From the NCBI GenBank assembly GCA_030704615.1, contig CM060731.1:57970001-58034000 (forward strand): DNA of 64,000 nt, in the 5' to 3' direction. The notes beneath the pieces are model-generated. The model was not told the origin of the DNA, searched no databases, and saw only the letters and a list, made by a program, of their open reading frames with translations. Numbering within the stretch: the first letter of the stretch is position 1; every line of letters begins with the position of its first letter. The position numbers and the translations under genes were made by a program. Shown here piece by piece: positions 28,032 to 40,325 of the stretch. This DNA comes from Takakia lepidozioides. Its lineage: Eukaryota; Plantae; Bryophyta.

Positions 28032-28690
28032 TTACCTGCAGTTGGGCGTTTCACGCAGCACCTCATTCACTCTGGCGTTCCGCAGGCGCTCCGCCACCAG
28101 GTCGCGTGGGCACACTCCCTCTCTCAAACAGTTAGTCCACCATAGCCGTGGACGATGAGCTCGTGACCCCACTGTAGCTGCATCTAGCAACACTGCTGAC
28201 CCAAGCCACGACCGGACTTGATGCACACTGGCCATCACCCTGGCCCGTCGCCCATCAGGTGGCACATTCTCCAAGATGTATGCTGGAGATACAGCTTGAT
28301 GAAGCTGCAAGTGGCGCAAAACCCGCACCATCTCCCAAAACAGACCCGACTTGAGTCTCGCAATCCTTGCCATGCCCGGCTGATGAATGCCTTGGCAGGC
28401 CAACCTGCCACTACCAGATCAATGGAGCCAACCCGCTCCAAATCCTGCGCCCCCCAGCAACGAAATGTCTGCTGATATCCACGAATTGCAGACACCGACA
28501 ACAACTCAGGGTACCGCTGCACCAACTGAGCAACATGGCGAAGTGAAACGCGTCGTGCAGTCTGATCCCTCTCCACATACAGGTAACGCCGAACTCGTAC
28601 ACCTGCTTGTAACACAGCAGCCAATCCGGTGCTGATCCCCGCCAAACAAGTCCAGAAGACAAATGCCTTCATCCGGATACTGCCACACAA
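28032..28690 (-). pseudogene. Retroelement-encoded C5 cytosine DNA methyltransferase domain (frameshifted, lacks motifs IX-X)
   Basis: Motif I LLDLFGG/ISTG, motif II YLYVERD, motif IV IDLVVAGWP/CQG, SGLFWEMVRVL, motif VI YILENVPP and motif VIII AHRPRLWWTN, all in canonical order. Confidence 0.88.
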
Positions 28691-29059
28691 TAGGTGTGGT
28701 GTCCAATGGAGACAATTGAGGTGGTCCTGGTGCAATCCCCACACTCTCCTCCCTCTCCTGACAGTACAAAGCCTCCACCCAGGCTTGTTGCACCCGTCGA
28801 TCAGCATCCCGCTGCAAATCCTTGCTCGTGCCCACAATGGAGTCTGAGCAACCATGGTAGGCAACTCCGCATACCATACATGTCATCCTGCTCTCCCGGA
28901 GGTGGTACATCCTCTGAATGAGCATTGCCCTCAAGCAACTCTCTAGGCCAACTCACTGCCGTTGTGAATGCTGCTAGTGCGGCATCTTGCCTCGCTGTGG
29001 CAACCGCAACTCCTCCTATGAACGTCACAGGAGCTGCACACGCCGGCCCTCCCTGACTG

Positions 29060-29460
29060 CCATGCAGGGCCTATAGGAAGCTGACTCCTCCAAAAACCAG
29101 GGTGAAGCCCATGGGGTACAACACTGCCCCAACAACCAGGACATCGTATGAGACTGCGTCTGTCACAAATGGCCTTGGCTCGCATCACTGAGCCATCTGT
29201 AGGGTGATCCGCCGTATGTCTGATAGCCAACTCATGCCGTGTCATGCCCCGAGCCTACTCCCGATCCTCCAGAGACGTCTGTATCTGGAAAGGACAAGGC
29301 TCCATATCCGCCTCCGTGAGGCCCAAGCCTGCAATAGCAGCTCTGCCCAGCATCAATGGCTGAGCTCCCGGTCCAACAAGACCCGCAGTGGCCGGTACCT
29401 CTTGCCTGCCGGTCCACTCAAACGGAAAATGTCATCCTGGTTGTCTAACATGACAACTCC
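29060..29460 (-). pseudogene. Retroviral-type aspartic protease remnant
   Basis: RVLLD[frameshift]GAQPLMLG, with a downstream YDVLVVG-type motif. Confidence 0.55.
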
Positions 29461-30141
29461 AGGTGTCACCATGGCGCGCTCAATGGCTGGCCTAGCTGGC
29501 AGCTCCATCAACCTGGCAGCTGCAGCTTGCCATGGCGCCGCCCGTTGGCAGTCTTGACCCTCAAATCCGAGGATCCCTCCGGCACTACACCTCCCACTAT
29601 CTCCGCAGAAGATGAAGTAACCTCCCCACTCTCACAGAGTGTAGCTGCCAGCCTGAACACCAGCTGGGTCTTACCCCCGGCGTCGCAATCATGGTAGCCG
29701 AGAACAATGGAGCCTGGCACACAGATGTGGCCGCTCCTAGCAGCACACTAGCTGCCGTAGCCTTGGCAACACTAGGTAGTGGTGCTACCCGTGTAGCTCT
29801 CCCCAATGGCATAGTAACCTCCGCCTTGGTAACAGTCGGGCGAGAACTAGGTGCCATGGATGCGTCGACACTGTCTCCGCCAATGTGAATGACTAAGGAA
29901 GCCTAGCCTGACGGCTTGCCTCCCCACGCTGTGGATCCAACTCCACCTCTGCACCTTGTGGCTCAGGAACTCGTGCTGCTCCTCGAGTCACGGCTGCAGA
30001 GACTCCACCTGCACTAGTGGTAGTGCTGCTCCACACATGAATCCCATGCCTCCATATCTCCTCCCTCAGGAGCAGGAGGTGGACCATCCGGCCTTAGAGC
30101 CGGTACCACCTGAGCTGTAGCCATGGCAGCGAGCCTCTGCT

Positions 30142-31552
30142 CTAGCTACTGAAGCCGGTTGGCCATGCCTTGATCAACACCCTGACCTCCGCATCCTTGG
30201 CCACGTTGAGCTTGCCTTTGGCCTCGTGGCTGGCCACCTCGTCCCCTCTGGGCTGCTCCACCTCGCCCCCGGCCACCATTGTTCCCTTGGAACTGGCCTG
30301 GGCGCAACTCAGGATGCAAACCATAACACTGGGCCTCTCCATGCCCGTGTTTGCCACAATGCCCACACTGCAACTGTGCAGGCTGTGCATGTGCCGGCCC
30401 TTTGCCTCCCTCTGGGCAATCCTTCTTAACATGGGGTCCTCTACATGTCCAGCATACCACATCCGCCCGTTGTTGGCCAGCAAATGAAGGGAGAGACCCC
30501 TGCATCTGAGGTCCTCTCTGCCCTTTCCCTGAGCTTCACCTGAGCCCCCTTGTTGCCTTGAGCACGTTGAGGTAGTGGTTGGCTAGGAGCACCACTACCC
30601 GTGGTGTCTCCTTAGCAAATCCCACCATGACCACTCGTTCCTCCACCATGTTGAGCTCTATCCGCTCTACCAGCAAAAAACACATTTGCTAAGGTGGGTT
30701 GGGCCGCTTGTAGGAGAGTTGCATCCCGCACTCTTCTCCTCAGCTCCTTGTCCAATATCCCATACCAGAATTGGACTGCCTGAGCTTCCGTAACCCTTGG
30801 GTTACATTTATCAAGCGCCTCATGCGAGTGAAAGCCTCCTCAAGCTCTCGGTCGGCTTCCGTTGGAACTCTTGCAAGCTCCGCAACTTTTCTGTCCTCAC
30901 CCCTCAACCCCTTGGTAGTTCCCTCTCAACTCTTGAAGAACTCCACAACAGGGTTGAAGGCAGGCACGGGTGCTAGTGCTGGTGCGGTAGTGGCTTGGGT
31001 GGACGTCGTAGCTACTGCTGCCGGTGCAGCGGCAGGTGTAGCCACTGCCCTCGTGGCTCTAGTGCCCCTAGTGATGGAGACATAGTCGGGTGACCAGTAC
31101 ATCCTCCACTCCTTGATCTCAACCTCATGCCCCCGCCTGAACTCATGGTAATCATCCATAGGCAGCCCCTCAAGGTGCTGAAACAGCCCCTTCCATGCCA
31201 TGAAAGGCATAAATAGTTGTGGATTGCGCATTTGCTGCAAATCACACCAACTATCAAACTCTTGGATAAAATCATCCAACTCGATGGTGCCCACCGCCCC
31301 AGAGTACCTTCGTGGCCCCTTGGTAGCTCCATACATCTCCTCCATTGTGTCCCACAACAATGGCAAAGAAACAACTTGCACCGCCGGTATGAGTCCTCCT
31401 GATTCACAATCCGAATCAGAACCTTCCGTAGAAGACACAGGAGGTGAAGGTGGCCTAAACCGCACACCTCGTCTCGTGTACCCACTAGTATCGCTAGTGC
31501 TCGAACCGGCACTGTCCCCAGCAACTAGTGGCACCTCCGTGTTGACACTCAA
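30142..31552 (-). pseudogene. Retrotransposon gag with zinc knuckles
   Basis: YSGAVGTIELDDFIQEFDSWCD...; EKLRSLQEFQRKPTESL; CWTCRGPHVKKDC and CGHCGKHGHGEAQC. Confidence 0.8.
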
Positions 31553-32219
31553 CCGGTCATGAACATGTCCCTAACCCCCTCTCCACAAAGTAACCGGGTA
31601 GAGAACTTGTTGCGGCTTATGGTTTGGAATACTAAGTTCTTAACATAGCCTACACCTGTACCTGCATCCACCGCAAGCACTCCTATGGTTGGCTGGTCAT
31701 CACCTCCAACCTCACCACAGGAGAAATAATGATGGTTTGGCTGGTCATCACCCCAGCCTCACCATCGACAGCATGCTCTAGGACTGGCCGGTGATCAAAT
31801 CCGGACCAATCACCTATAAAAACAAGCGCCCACACAAAACTAGCATGGCGCACAGTCAAGCATGCAGGTATGGAGGGGATCCAAACATAAGAAATCAGAA
31901 CGACAACTTCCCCACACCAAAAACAAATCCACGGTGTTGTTCCTGCAAGGACACCCCAGCCCAAACCCGGACTGACTTTTGCCTCCACCTACGGAAAGGT
32001 CTTGGCCTAATGAGAGGGTGGAAACTACAAGGAAGAGAAGCTAAAGCAATGCCTAACCCCAGCATGCCCTCATCCCAACACTCTTCCTCTCCTCTCTTCC
32101 CCCACTTGCATGACCATGGGAATATCATGAAGATACTCCTCAAACCGCCCTCCACGAGCTTCAAAATTCGGCCTTCCAGACCACATGCCTGTCCTTAGGC
32201 AGTCCACCAGTGCCTCCAC

Positions 32220-33730
32220 GAGTCAGCACAGGCCGTCCACAGGTCAACACGGGCCACCACAGACCAGCACAGGCCCACACAGCTCACTGGTCATAGCCAT
32301 CACAGTCCCACAGGCCACTGGGCACAGCCTGTCACAGCCCGTCACAGCCCCACACGCCACTAGGCACAGCCAGTCACAGCCCGCACAGCCCGTCACAGCC
32401 CCACAGGCCACTAGGCACAGCCTGTCACAGCCCCACAGGCCACAGGCACAGCCTGTCACAGCCCCTCACAGCCCCTCACAGCCCCACAGGCCTCAGGCAC
32501 GGCTGACACAGCCCCTCACAGCCCTCACAGCCCCATAGGCCACTGGGCACAGCCAGTCACAACCCCGCACAGCCCGTCAAACCTCAAAGGCCTCAGGCAC
32601 GGCCTGTCACAACCCCAAGGCCATGGGCACAGCCTGTCACAGCCCCTCACAGCCCCTCACAGCCTCAAAGGCCTCAGGCACGGCCTGTCACAGCCCCTCA
32701 CAGCCCATCACAGCCCCAAAGGCCATGGGCACAGCCTGTCACAGCCTCGCACAGCCCGTCACAGCCCCACAGGCCACTGGGCACAGCCTGTCACAGCCCC
32801 TCACAGCCCGTCACAGCCCCACAGGCCTCAGGCACGGCCTGACACAGCCCCTCACAGCCCGTCACAGCCCCAAAGGCCTCAGGCACGGCCTGTCACAACC
32901 CCTCACAGCCCGTCACAGCCCAAAGGCCATGGCACAGCCCTGTCACAGCCCCACAGGCCTCAGGCACGGCCTGACACAGCCCCTCACAGGCCATCACAGC
33001 CCCAAGGCCATGGGCACAGCCTGTCACAGCCCCGCACAGCCGTCACAGGCCCCACAGGCCACTGGGCACAGCCTGTCACAGCCCCTCACAGCCCGTCACA
33101 GCCCCACAGGCCTCAGGCACGGCCTGACACAGCCCCTCACAGCCCGTCACAGCCCCAAAAGCCTCAGGCACGGCCTGTCACAGCCCCTCACAGCCCCTCA
33201 CAGCCTCAAAGGCCTCAGGCACGGCCTGTCACAGCCCCTCACAGCCATCACAGCCCCAAAGGCCATGGGCACAGCCTGTCACAGCCCCGCACATCCCGTC
33301 ACAACTCGCCACAGCCTGTCACAGCCCCACAGGCCTCAGGCATGGCCTGACACAGCCCCTCACAGCCCATCACAGCCCCAAAGGCCATGGGCACAGCCTG
33401 TCACAGCCCCGCACAGCCCGTCACAGCCCCACAGGCCACTGGGCACAGCCTGTCACAGCCCGTCACAGCCCCGTCACAGCCCCAGAGGCCTCAGGCACGG
33501 CCTGACACAGCCCCTCACAGCCCGTCACAGCCCCAAAGGCCTTAGGCACGGCCTGTCACAGCCTCTCACAACCCGTCATAGCCTCAAAGGCCTCAGGCAC
33601 GGCCTGTCACAGCCCTTCACAGCCCATCACAGTCCCAAAGGCCATGGGCACAGCCTGTCACAGCCCATCACAGCCCCGAAGGCCATGGGCACAGCCTGTC
33701 ACAGGCCCTCACAGCCCGTCACAGCCCATC
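32220..33730. repeat. Tandem minisatellite (10-11-bp CACAGCCC(C/G)T monomers in a ~50-bp higher-order unit)
   Basis: ggcacagcctgtcacagcccctcacagcccgtcacagccccacaggcc repeated over ~1.5 kb with variable linkers. Confidence 0.97.
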
Positions 33731-35281
33731 CATGGCCGCTCTGGCAGTTTAGCCATTTCTCCAAGGGGTTTAGCCACGCCAAGCTAGGTTTGTGTCTCTT
33801 GGACTCTAGGCTTCTTTCCACCGAGTTATGGCGGCTGTGAGGAAATCAGCAAGGTATTCTTGCTCTTTCAGCTCCCACACACCACCATAGTAGCCCTAAG
33901 CCATGAGGTGGTTGCCACAAACCAAGCCTTCTTTCTCACTTAGCCTCCCCAAACACGCCACTAAACTCAATGGCAAACAACCAAGCCCTGCTGGTTCCCA
34001 GCTCTTGTGAGCACTCATTCAAGCACTCTCCTTGGCCATAACATCTGTCTTAGAGCCTATTCCAGCCCCTACACCTGCTGCTTCAAGAGTTGCGCTCCCT
34101 TCAAGCTTGAAGTTGAAACCCCAACTCACATAGGCCCTACAAGTGCTTTTCTTTCACTCCAAGTGGAAACCAGCCCTAGACCTTCCGTTCTAGCTCTCTA
34201 AAGCTTGAAAACAAGAGCCTCAATGGGCTGAAGGCATGCTCCACACATGCCCCACTCTCACCATAAGAGAATCAGCTCCTTTGCTTCATTTCTTGCACCC
34301 ACAAACCTGAAAGTGCAAGCCTTCATCAGGCTGATAGCACGCTCCACACATGCATTGCCCTCACATAAGGGAAGTCAACCCTTCCCACTTCCTTGTTTGC
34401 CCTCCAAGCTTGAAGATGGAAGCTTCAATGAGCTGAATACATGCTCCACACATGCAACCTCTTCACACAAGAGATATCAGCCCCCTATCTTGGCTCCTGG
34501 CTCCTTGATGCTCTCTAAGACAAGACTAAGCACTCCACAGCCTTTGCCAAGCTCCTGAAACCCTAAGGCTTACATTTCCAGCCACAAGACACTTCTCTTG
34601 TGGTGCAAGAGCTCTTCTTCCAAGCTCTGAAACCCTAGGTGCACATTCCATGGCCTTGCGCCACCTCTTAGCTCCTATTCCAGCCCTCCTCTTGCCATGA
34701 CAAGAGCCCTCTCAATGCTGAAGCTCGAGATTGAAACCCAATCTCACCATACTCCACAAAGTGCATTGATTTGCCCCAAGCCAAATCAGCCCTTTCGCTT
34801 GGTCTTGCAATCCTTCACACAATGAAAGCTTGCATTCCCAAGTCCAGTTCTCAGCTTTGCCACCAAAGCCACTATAACCTGCTCTTGACTGGTCCTCTTC
34901 CCATCGTGCTTGCTCATGCATGTACACAATCTGAAACCATCAAGGTGCTCTGGAATTACCTGCAGCATGGTGCTTTCATCTCTGAAGCTGAAGATCGAAT
35001 GCCAAGGTCTACCACCTCGTAACCCCACATCGCCTCCGCTTCTAACAACCAAGAGCTCCACGGTGCTCCTTGCATAACAACTTGGTTTCTCTCATTCTCA
35101 AGCAAAAACCACAAGTGCTACAACTAACTCGTATCTAGCACTCATAGATACGAGCTGATCTTTCTCGAGTGATAAAGAAGAAAAATACAAGCACGAGCTC
35201 ACAAATCTGAAGCATAAACTCATGCATATATAACCTCATCACTCAAATACAAGTCAAGCCAAGTGCACCCCACGCCATGGG

Positions 35282-35301
35282 GAATCCACACTACGGCGCC
35301 A
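35282..35301 (-). other. Putative primer-binding site
   Basis: Minus strand TGGCGCCGTAGTGTGGATTC. The plus strand reads like a tRNA 3' end: GAATCC-ACA-CTACGGC-G-CCA. Confidence 0.6.
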
Positions 35302-35486
35302 TAGCTAGGCGCGGTGAGGCTCAACTCGAGAAAGATGAGCCTTCCGCGCTTGCCGTGAAGATAACCACTCCAGGGCCTAAATCTGCCTTGATCCCTGGAT
35401 TGACACTTGGGCCAATCCCAAATGTCAATATGTAAAAGCTAGCTATTTCCTAGCTAGTTTCACACTAGTGGTAAAATAACTTGACA

Positions 35487-38165
35487 GAGTTATGGAGGGG
35501 GGTCCGACATTGGATGCTTCACTTGACCCTATGGCCGGACAATCTTTTTAGATGAGAGACATCTTGCTTTGGACAATGCATGATTATCCAGGTATATTAT
35601 GTTCCCCATGAGAAACCCGCGTACATTTACCTGTCAAGGGATATTGATGAGGATTGGGATTGATTGAAGTAGCGGCGACAGTCTTCTACACCGTACTGGG
35701 GTAGATGCACATGGAAACTTTTTGTCTTTCCTAATGTGGCGGAATGTCTACAAGACTTACTGTTTGCTCGGGGTTGAGCACTAAAGGGTACCACGCATGC
35801 CTGCATTGTGGCGATGAACTTGATGCACAAAGCTCCAGCAATCTTCGCAAGATGGTGTATCCCAACTACCGCAAGTATCTTCCTATGAGCCATCATTGGA
35901 GAAGAAGAGACAAACACTTGTTTGATGACAAAGTGGAGTTACGTCCCCCACCTGTGACACCATCCAGGCACTTTTGGGAAGACCGATGGAAGGAGGCCCA
36001 TCGGAGGGGTCCGGTGAAATGGAGGTGCCCGGCATGAAGCGGCTTTCAATCTTCTACGAGTTGCCATATTGGGCGGTACATATTCCACAAAAACACCATC
36101 AATATTGCTATGCATGCATGTAATATTGCATGTTTTGTATGATTTCCATTGTCACTTTCACGTCAAAATAGACGTGTAAGAATTTGTGGGTGGGGATATG
36201 TGTAGGACCTGAAGATTCGTCATCTTCTAGATCCCATGCATATTGAGAAGAATGTTTGCTCGTCCTTTTTTCGTGTTCTTCATGGCACACCGACAAAGAA
36301 GAGAGTGGCTGCGAAAGGAGATTCTCTCGGTGTTAGAAAGGAACTTGAGGAGCAGGGTCGCATGCCCCATCTATGGGCCGAAGAAAATGGTGTAGACCCA
36401 AAGGGTGTTGTATGGTGGAAGTATAGGCGTGCATCTTGACAATGGACTAAGGAAGAATACAAGAAGGTGATAGCCACCATAGGAGTTGTCTGAACACCAA
36501 CTGGTTATGGGTCATCCCTCCGTATGAAGTTCAACGAAGACGGGGTCCATGGTTTGAAGTCTCATGACTACCACAATCTATTGCAAGACATCTTGCCCAT
36601 TGCAGTACGTGGGACATTGACTCTCGAGGTTCGCGAGACAGTATATAGATTGGGAGCATTATTCCGGTGGATTTGCTCCAAAGAGCTGGAGGAAGCGGAC
36701 TTTCCACGCATGAAGAAGGAGGCGGCGGTGGTCATGTGTATGTTGGAGATGCACCTTCCTCCGTCATTCTTTGACATCCAAGTGCACTTGGTAGTGCACT
36801 TAGTGGAAGAGGCTTCGATTGCCGGCCCCGTTCATTCTCGGTGGATGTACTACCTTGAGCGATACATGAAGACTTTGAAAGCACATGTAAGACAAATGGT
36901 ACACCCGGAGGGTAGCATGGCGGAGGGGTATACATTGCAAGAGGCTATGTTCTACTACATAGAGTACTTGGCAAGGGTGGATAAGGAAGCCCCTCCGATG
37001 TGGAAGAAATGAGGATGTACGAACCAAGAACATTGTTTTGCCCAAAAATTCAAAGAGGGTAAAATTACCCATCGTGGTGATTAACCAAGCGCATGAGTTC
37101 ATACTGAAGAACACCCCATCCATACATGAGTGGGAGGCAAGATACAATAACCTTGTTCAGCAACGACAGGAGGAGACGGTTGCGTGGAGGTGGAACCATG
37201 CAAGGGCGACTACACGCGCTCCGCGAGCAAGGGGCCGGCGTAGGAATGTGCATTCACAAGAATTGCCCATGGAATTGCAGCCTCTAAGTTCATTCTGCCA
37301 TTGGCTTTGGACTGAAGTAGAGGATAGCATTGCGAATGGTGAGGTGGTTTCAGATTTGGTGCAAGACATTGCAAGGGGCCTCTCTCAATTTGCGACCTCA
37401 TACACGGCGGTTTGGGTTCATGGTCGTCATTTTCGCATTCGTGCTCTTGACATGAAGCGCAAAACAACGTTTGATTCTGGTTTGTGTGCCTCATATTGAC
37501 AAGACTCCGTGTGGGGCAGGGGAGATACACGACCTACCATGAGCACACTCAACTACTGTGGAGAGCTTGAGAGCATACTCCAACTTCAGTATACAAGGCA
37601 CCAGCCTCTTATCTTCAAGGCAAGGTGGTTCCAGCCACATCTTGTGGGGCCATCCGCAACAATAGTGGAAGACGAGTGTGGTTTCATGCGCGTCAATACA
37701 GATAGGCTCGAGACTACTCATCCTCCCTCCGATGAGCCTTTTTCATGGTCTTCAGACATGGAGCAAGTTTTCTTCTCCGGATCAGGAAATTGGAAGGTGG
37801 TTGTGCATGCTCAGCTAAGAGGAAGACGTATCTATCATGGTCGGGGATCTACTTGGGGCGAGGCAAATGCGGAGGAGGAAGAGACTGGTCATGATGACGC
37901 TGATGTTGGCCGAGGTTGGATAGAGGGGGTACAAGAGAATGATGACGCCCCGGACAATGCATCCCGGACCCTATACGATGAGGCTCCATCAGATGCGGAT
38001 GTTGGAGAAGAAGATGAAGACATGGTCATTGAAACCGAGGTGGAAGATGATTCAGATGTGCCTTTTGGTGACCAGGCCATTTATGGCAATGACTCTGATG
38101 AGCAAGAAGACTTGCAGCTTGATGAGGACGAAGAAGCTCCGGATGATGATGTTCAAGTCGATTAG
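35487..38165 (+). pseudogene. CACTA Tnp2/TnpD transposase (5' part lost), with introns and stops
   Basis: LWTMHDYPG, KGYHACLHC, MHIEKNV, GLKSHDYH, PPSFFDIQVHLVVHL, GPVHSRWMYYLERYMKTLK, PEGSMAEGY, DUF4216-like DECGFMRVN, acidic tail. Confidence 0.92.
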
Positions 38166-38865
38166 ACACGTAATCAAAGCTACATAATAATTCTCGCACA
38201 TAACTGTACCCATCCCTTCGATTGATTGTACATGTACATGCATGTAGCTTATTTCTATGATTGATTAATGAAAAATCCATGAAAAAAATCCGTTGTAGGT
38301 GTGGCGATCTAGGAATGATTTTAGTGAAGTTGTGACTCGAAAAGTGACTCTAGGATTGTTGAGTTTTTGTACGAGGGCAAGAATGTTGGAAGACATGGTT
38401 CTTGTTCTACAAGTGCTGACCAAGACTTACCCCTGGAAACCCTTCAATCAATTTGGTTACCATGATCTCGATGCAACAGAAAGAATCTTCGAAATTGGTG
38501 TGAAAGACAACAATGTTGCCAAAGCCATTACCCTCAACCCTCTAATCCCATGGCCCTTCCATTTTCCTTTCCTAGTGTCCCCACCCCCTCTTCTTGCCCT
38601 TTGTCTTTAACAATAAGGTCGCCCGGGTTGATCACGGTCTCCCACATACAAGATAGACCTATTATATTGTAGCACAGAAGGAGGACTAAAAAGATTTGCA
38701 ACAATGGATCCATTCAGCTTAGCCTCTGCCATGACCTTTGCAAAGACAGAAAAAAGGCAATATTGCGATTCCCCGTCGTCGCAGACCTGTTGGGGCATCG
38801 CAATGCCGTCGCAATACCGTCGCAAGGCGACCCCTGGAGGTCGCAATCCCCTGCATTTCAATATC

Positions 38866-39250
38866 TATGATTGCGGATTTTTCCTACGCAATGATTTTTG
38901 TTTTAGCTCTATTTTGTTCTGTGAATGCAAACCCCAGACCACTACATCCATGGAAAAAATTGGACCAAACAAAAATAAAAAAAACAAAGAGTTTCCTTCA
39001 CTCACTATTGCGGAACTCTTTATGGAGAGTGCATGAAGTTGAAAAGAACTCAACTTCGGAGTGCAAATGAGGGAAGAAAATATGGTTTTCAGTCCAAATG
39101 ATTTTTGTTCACTCCCAAAATTTGCACACGCATTGCAAACGCTAAGCATATGGTCCAATAGTTTCCATGGATGTAGTGGTGCAAGGGTCGAATTCACAGA
39201 ACAAAACACAACAAAAAAAAAAGTATTACGTAGCAGCAATCCCCAATCCT
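38866..39250. repeat. Internal inverted repeat, ~100-bp arms
   Basis: ttttgttctgtgaat...cactacatccatggaaa..attggacca (38910-38967) mirrored by tggtccaat..tttccatggatgtagtgg...attcacagaacaaaa (39151-39206). Confidence 0.8.
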
Positions 39251-39692
39251 AGACCCCCAGGCAAAAGGGCACTTGCGGCGCCCCAGCAGGCTTGCGACTG
39301 CGGGGAATCACAATGTCGTCATTGTGGCATTTCTGCGACGTTGGGACGTCGCAAACCCCGGCGCGAGCTGGCTCGGCCCTCCCCACGCGCCTAAGTGTGA
39401 TGAGGTGTTGTTGCGATTCCCGGGCGTCGCAGCCTTGCGGGAGTGTTGCAGAGGGCACGTGTGACGCCCGGGCGTCGCAACCCCCAGCTTGTTGGCGGGT
39501 CATGCCCCAACTGCAGCGACGTAACTGAATCGCAAGTTGGCGAAGCGTCACCGGAGTGGCGTTGCGGCGACGCATGGACGTCGCAATTTCCGGGCCGGGC
39601 GCTCACGCGGCGTAGCAGTCGTAGGAGGGTCGTCACGTCTGGCGCGCTCAGGGTCCCGACATCGCTAACCCCCCCTAAACGTAGTAGTGTTG

Positions 39693-40320
39693 GCAATTTC
39701 TTTCCAAAGGCTTTTGTAAAACTCCACTGGGAGTCCGTCCAGCCCTGGCGATTTTCCATTGTGCATCATGGAAATGGCTACCTCTAGCTCCTTTTCTGTG
39801 AATGGTCCTTCCAGAGTAACTGCTAGGTCATTGGAGAGGATAGTGGGGGTTTTTAACAAGCAGTCTAGTTGATAATGAGATAGAGTCGTGTTTCTCTCAA
39901 AACCGCTGTAGAAAAGAGACTGAAAGTATCTTTCTGCCAGTCTTGCTAGCTGTTTGGGATCAGAGGCGATCTCACCCGAGGTTTGGTCGATAAGTTCAGT
40001 GATATTTTGGGTGGATCTACGAAGCTTTGTTTTGTCAAAGAAGTACTTTGTCATCTTCTCTCCCTTTGTAGACCAGTTGATGCCTGCTTGAAGTTTAAGT
40101 TTATGGTCTGTTGTTGATTGCAGGTTTTCGAGGTTTTGTTTGGCTTCTAGATAGGTCATGTGTGTATGCAGATCACATCTAGGGGATTCTACTCTAGCTT
40201 GACAAGCGGAAAGGCATTTTGTCAAGGCTTTGATTTTCCGGGAGCGGGCCAGGGCTAGTACTTTGTTCATAGCTTGAGCATCGTTGCAGGTGGCTTTGAG
40301 CTTGGCTCCGAATTTCGAGG
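39693..40320 (-). mobile_element. LINE ORF2 segment (linker and start of RT)
   Basis: GEKMTKYFF and KSPGLDGLPVEFYKSLWKEIA; joins KDFLSMENH on the other side of CACTA1 in frame. Confidence 0.92.
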
Positions 40321-40325
40321 TTGGG

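Larger units (their letters stand above)
28032..35486 (-). mobile_element. 3'-truncated LTR-type retrotransposon (terminus, PBS, long leader, gag, protease, DNMT) inserted in the CACTA transposase gene
   Basis: Starts TGTCAA at 35486, directly abutting the transposase codons (ELWRG). tRNA-like PBS, gag with two CCHC knuckles, degenerate aspartic protease and DNMT motifs. RT, integrase and the second LTR are absent. Confidence 0.8.
18925..39689. mobile_element. CACTA (En/Spm) DNA transposon 1, 20.8 kb, both termini present
   Basis: TIRs CACTACTATGTTTGGGGG / CCCCCTAAACGTAGTAGTG, 3-bp TSD TTG (18922-18924, 39690-39692), dense gtcgc/gcgac subterminal repeats at both ends, internal Tnp2 transposase. 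Confidence 0.95.

Noticed and set aside
32220-33730. CRISPR-like array
   Set aside because: Linkers are recurring variants rather than unique spacers; no cas genes; eukaryotic context
32623-33840. 405-aa ORF
   Set aside because: Product of a stop-free minisatellite; no domain or coding signal
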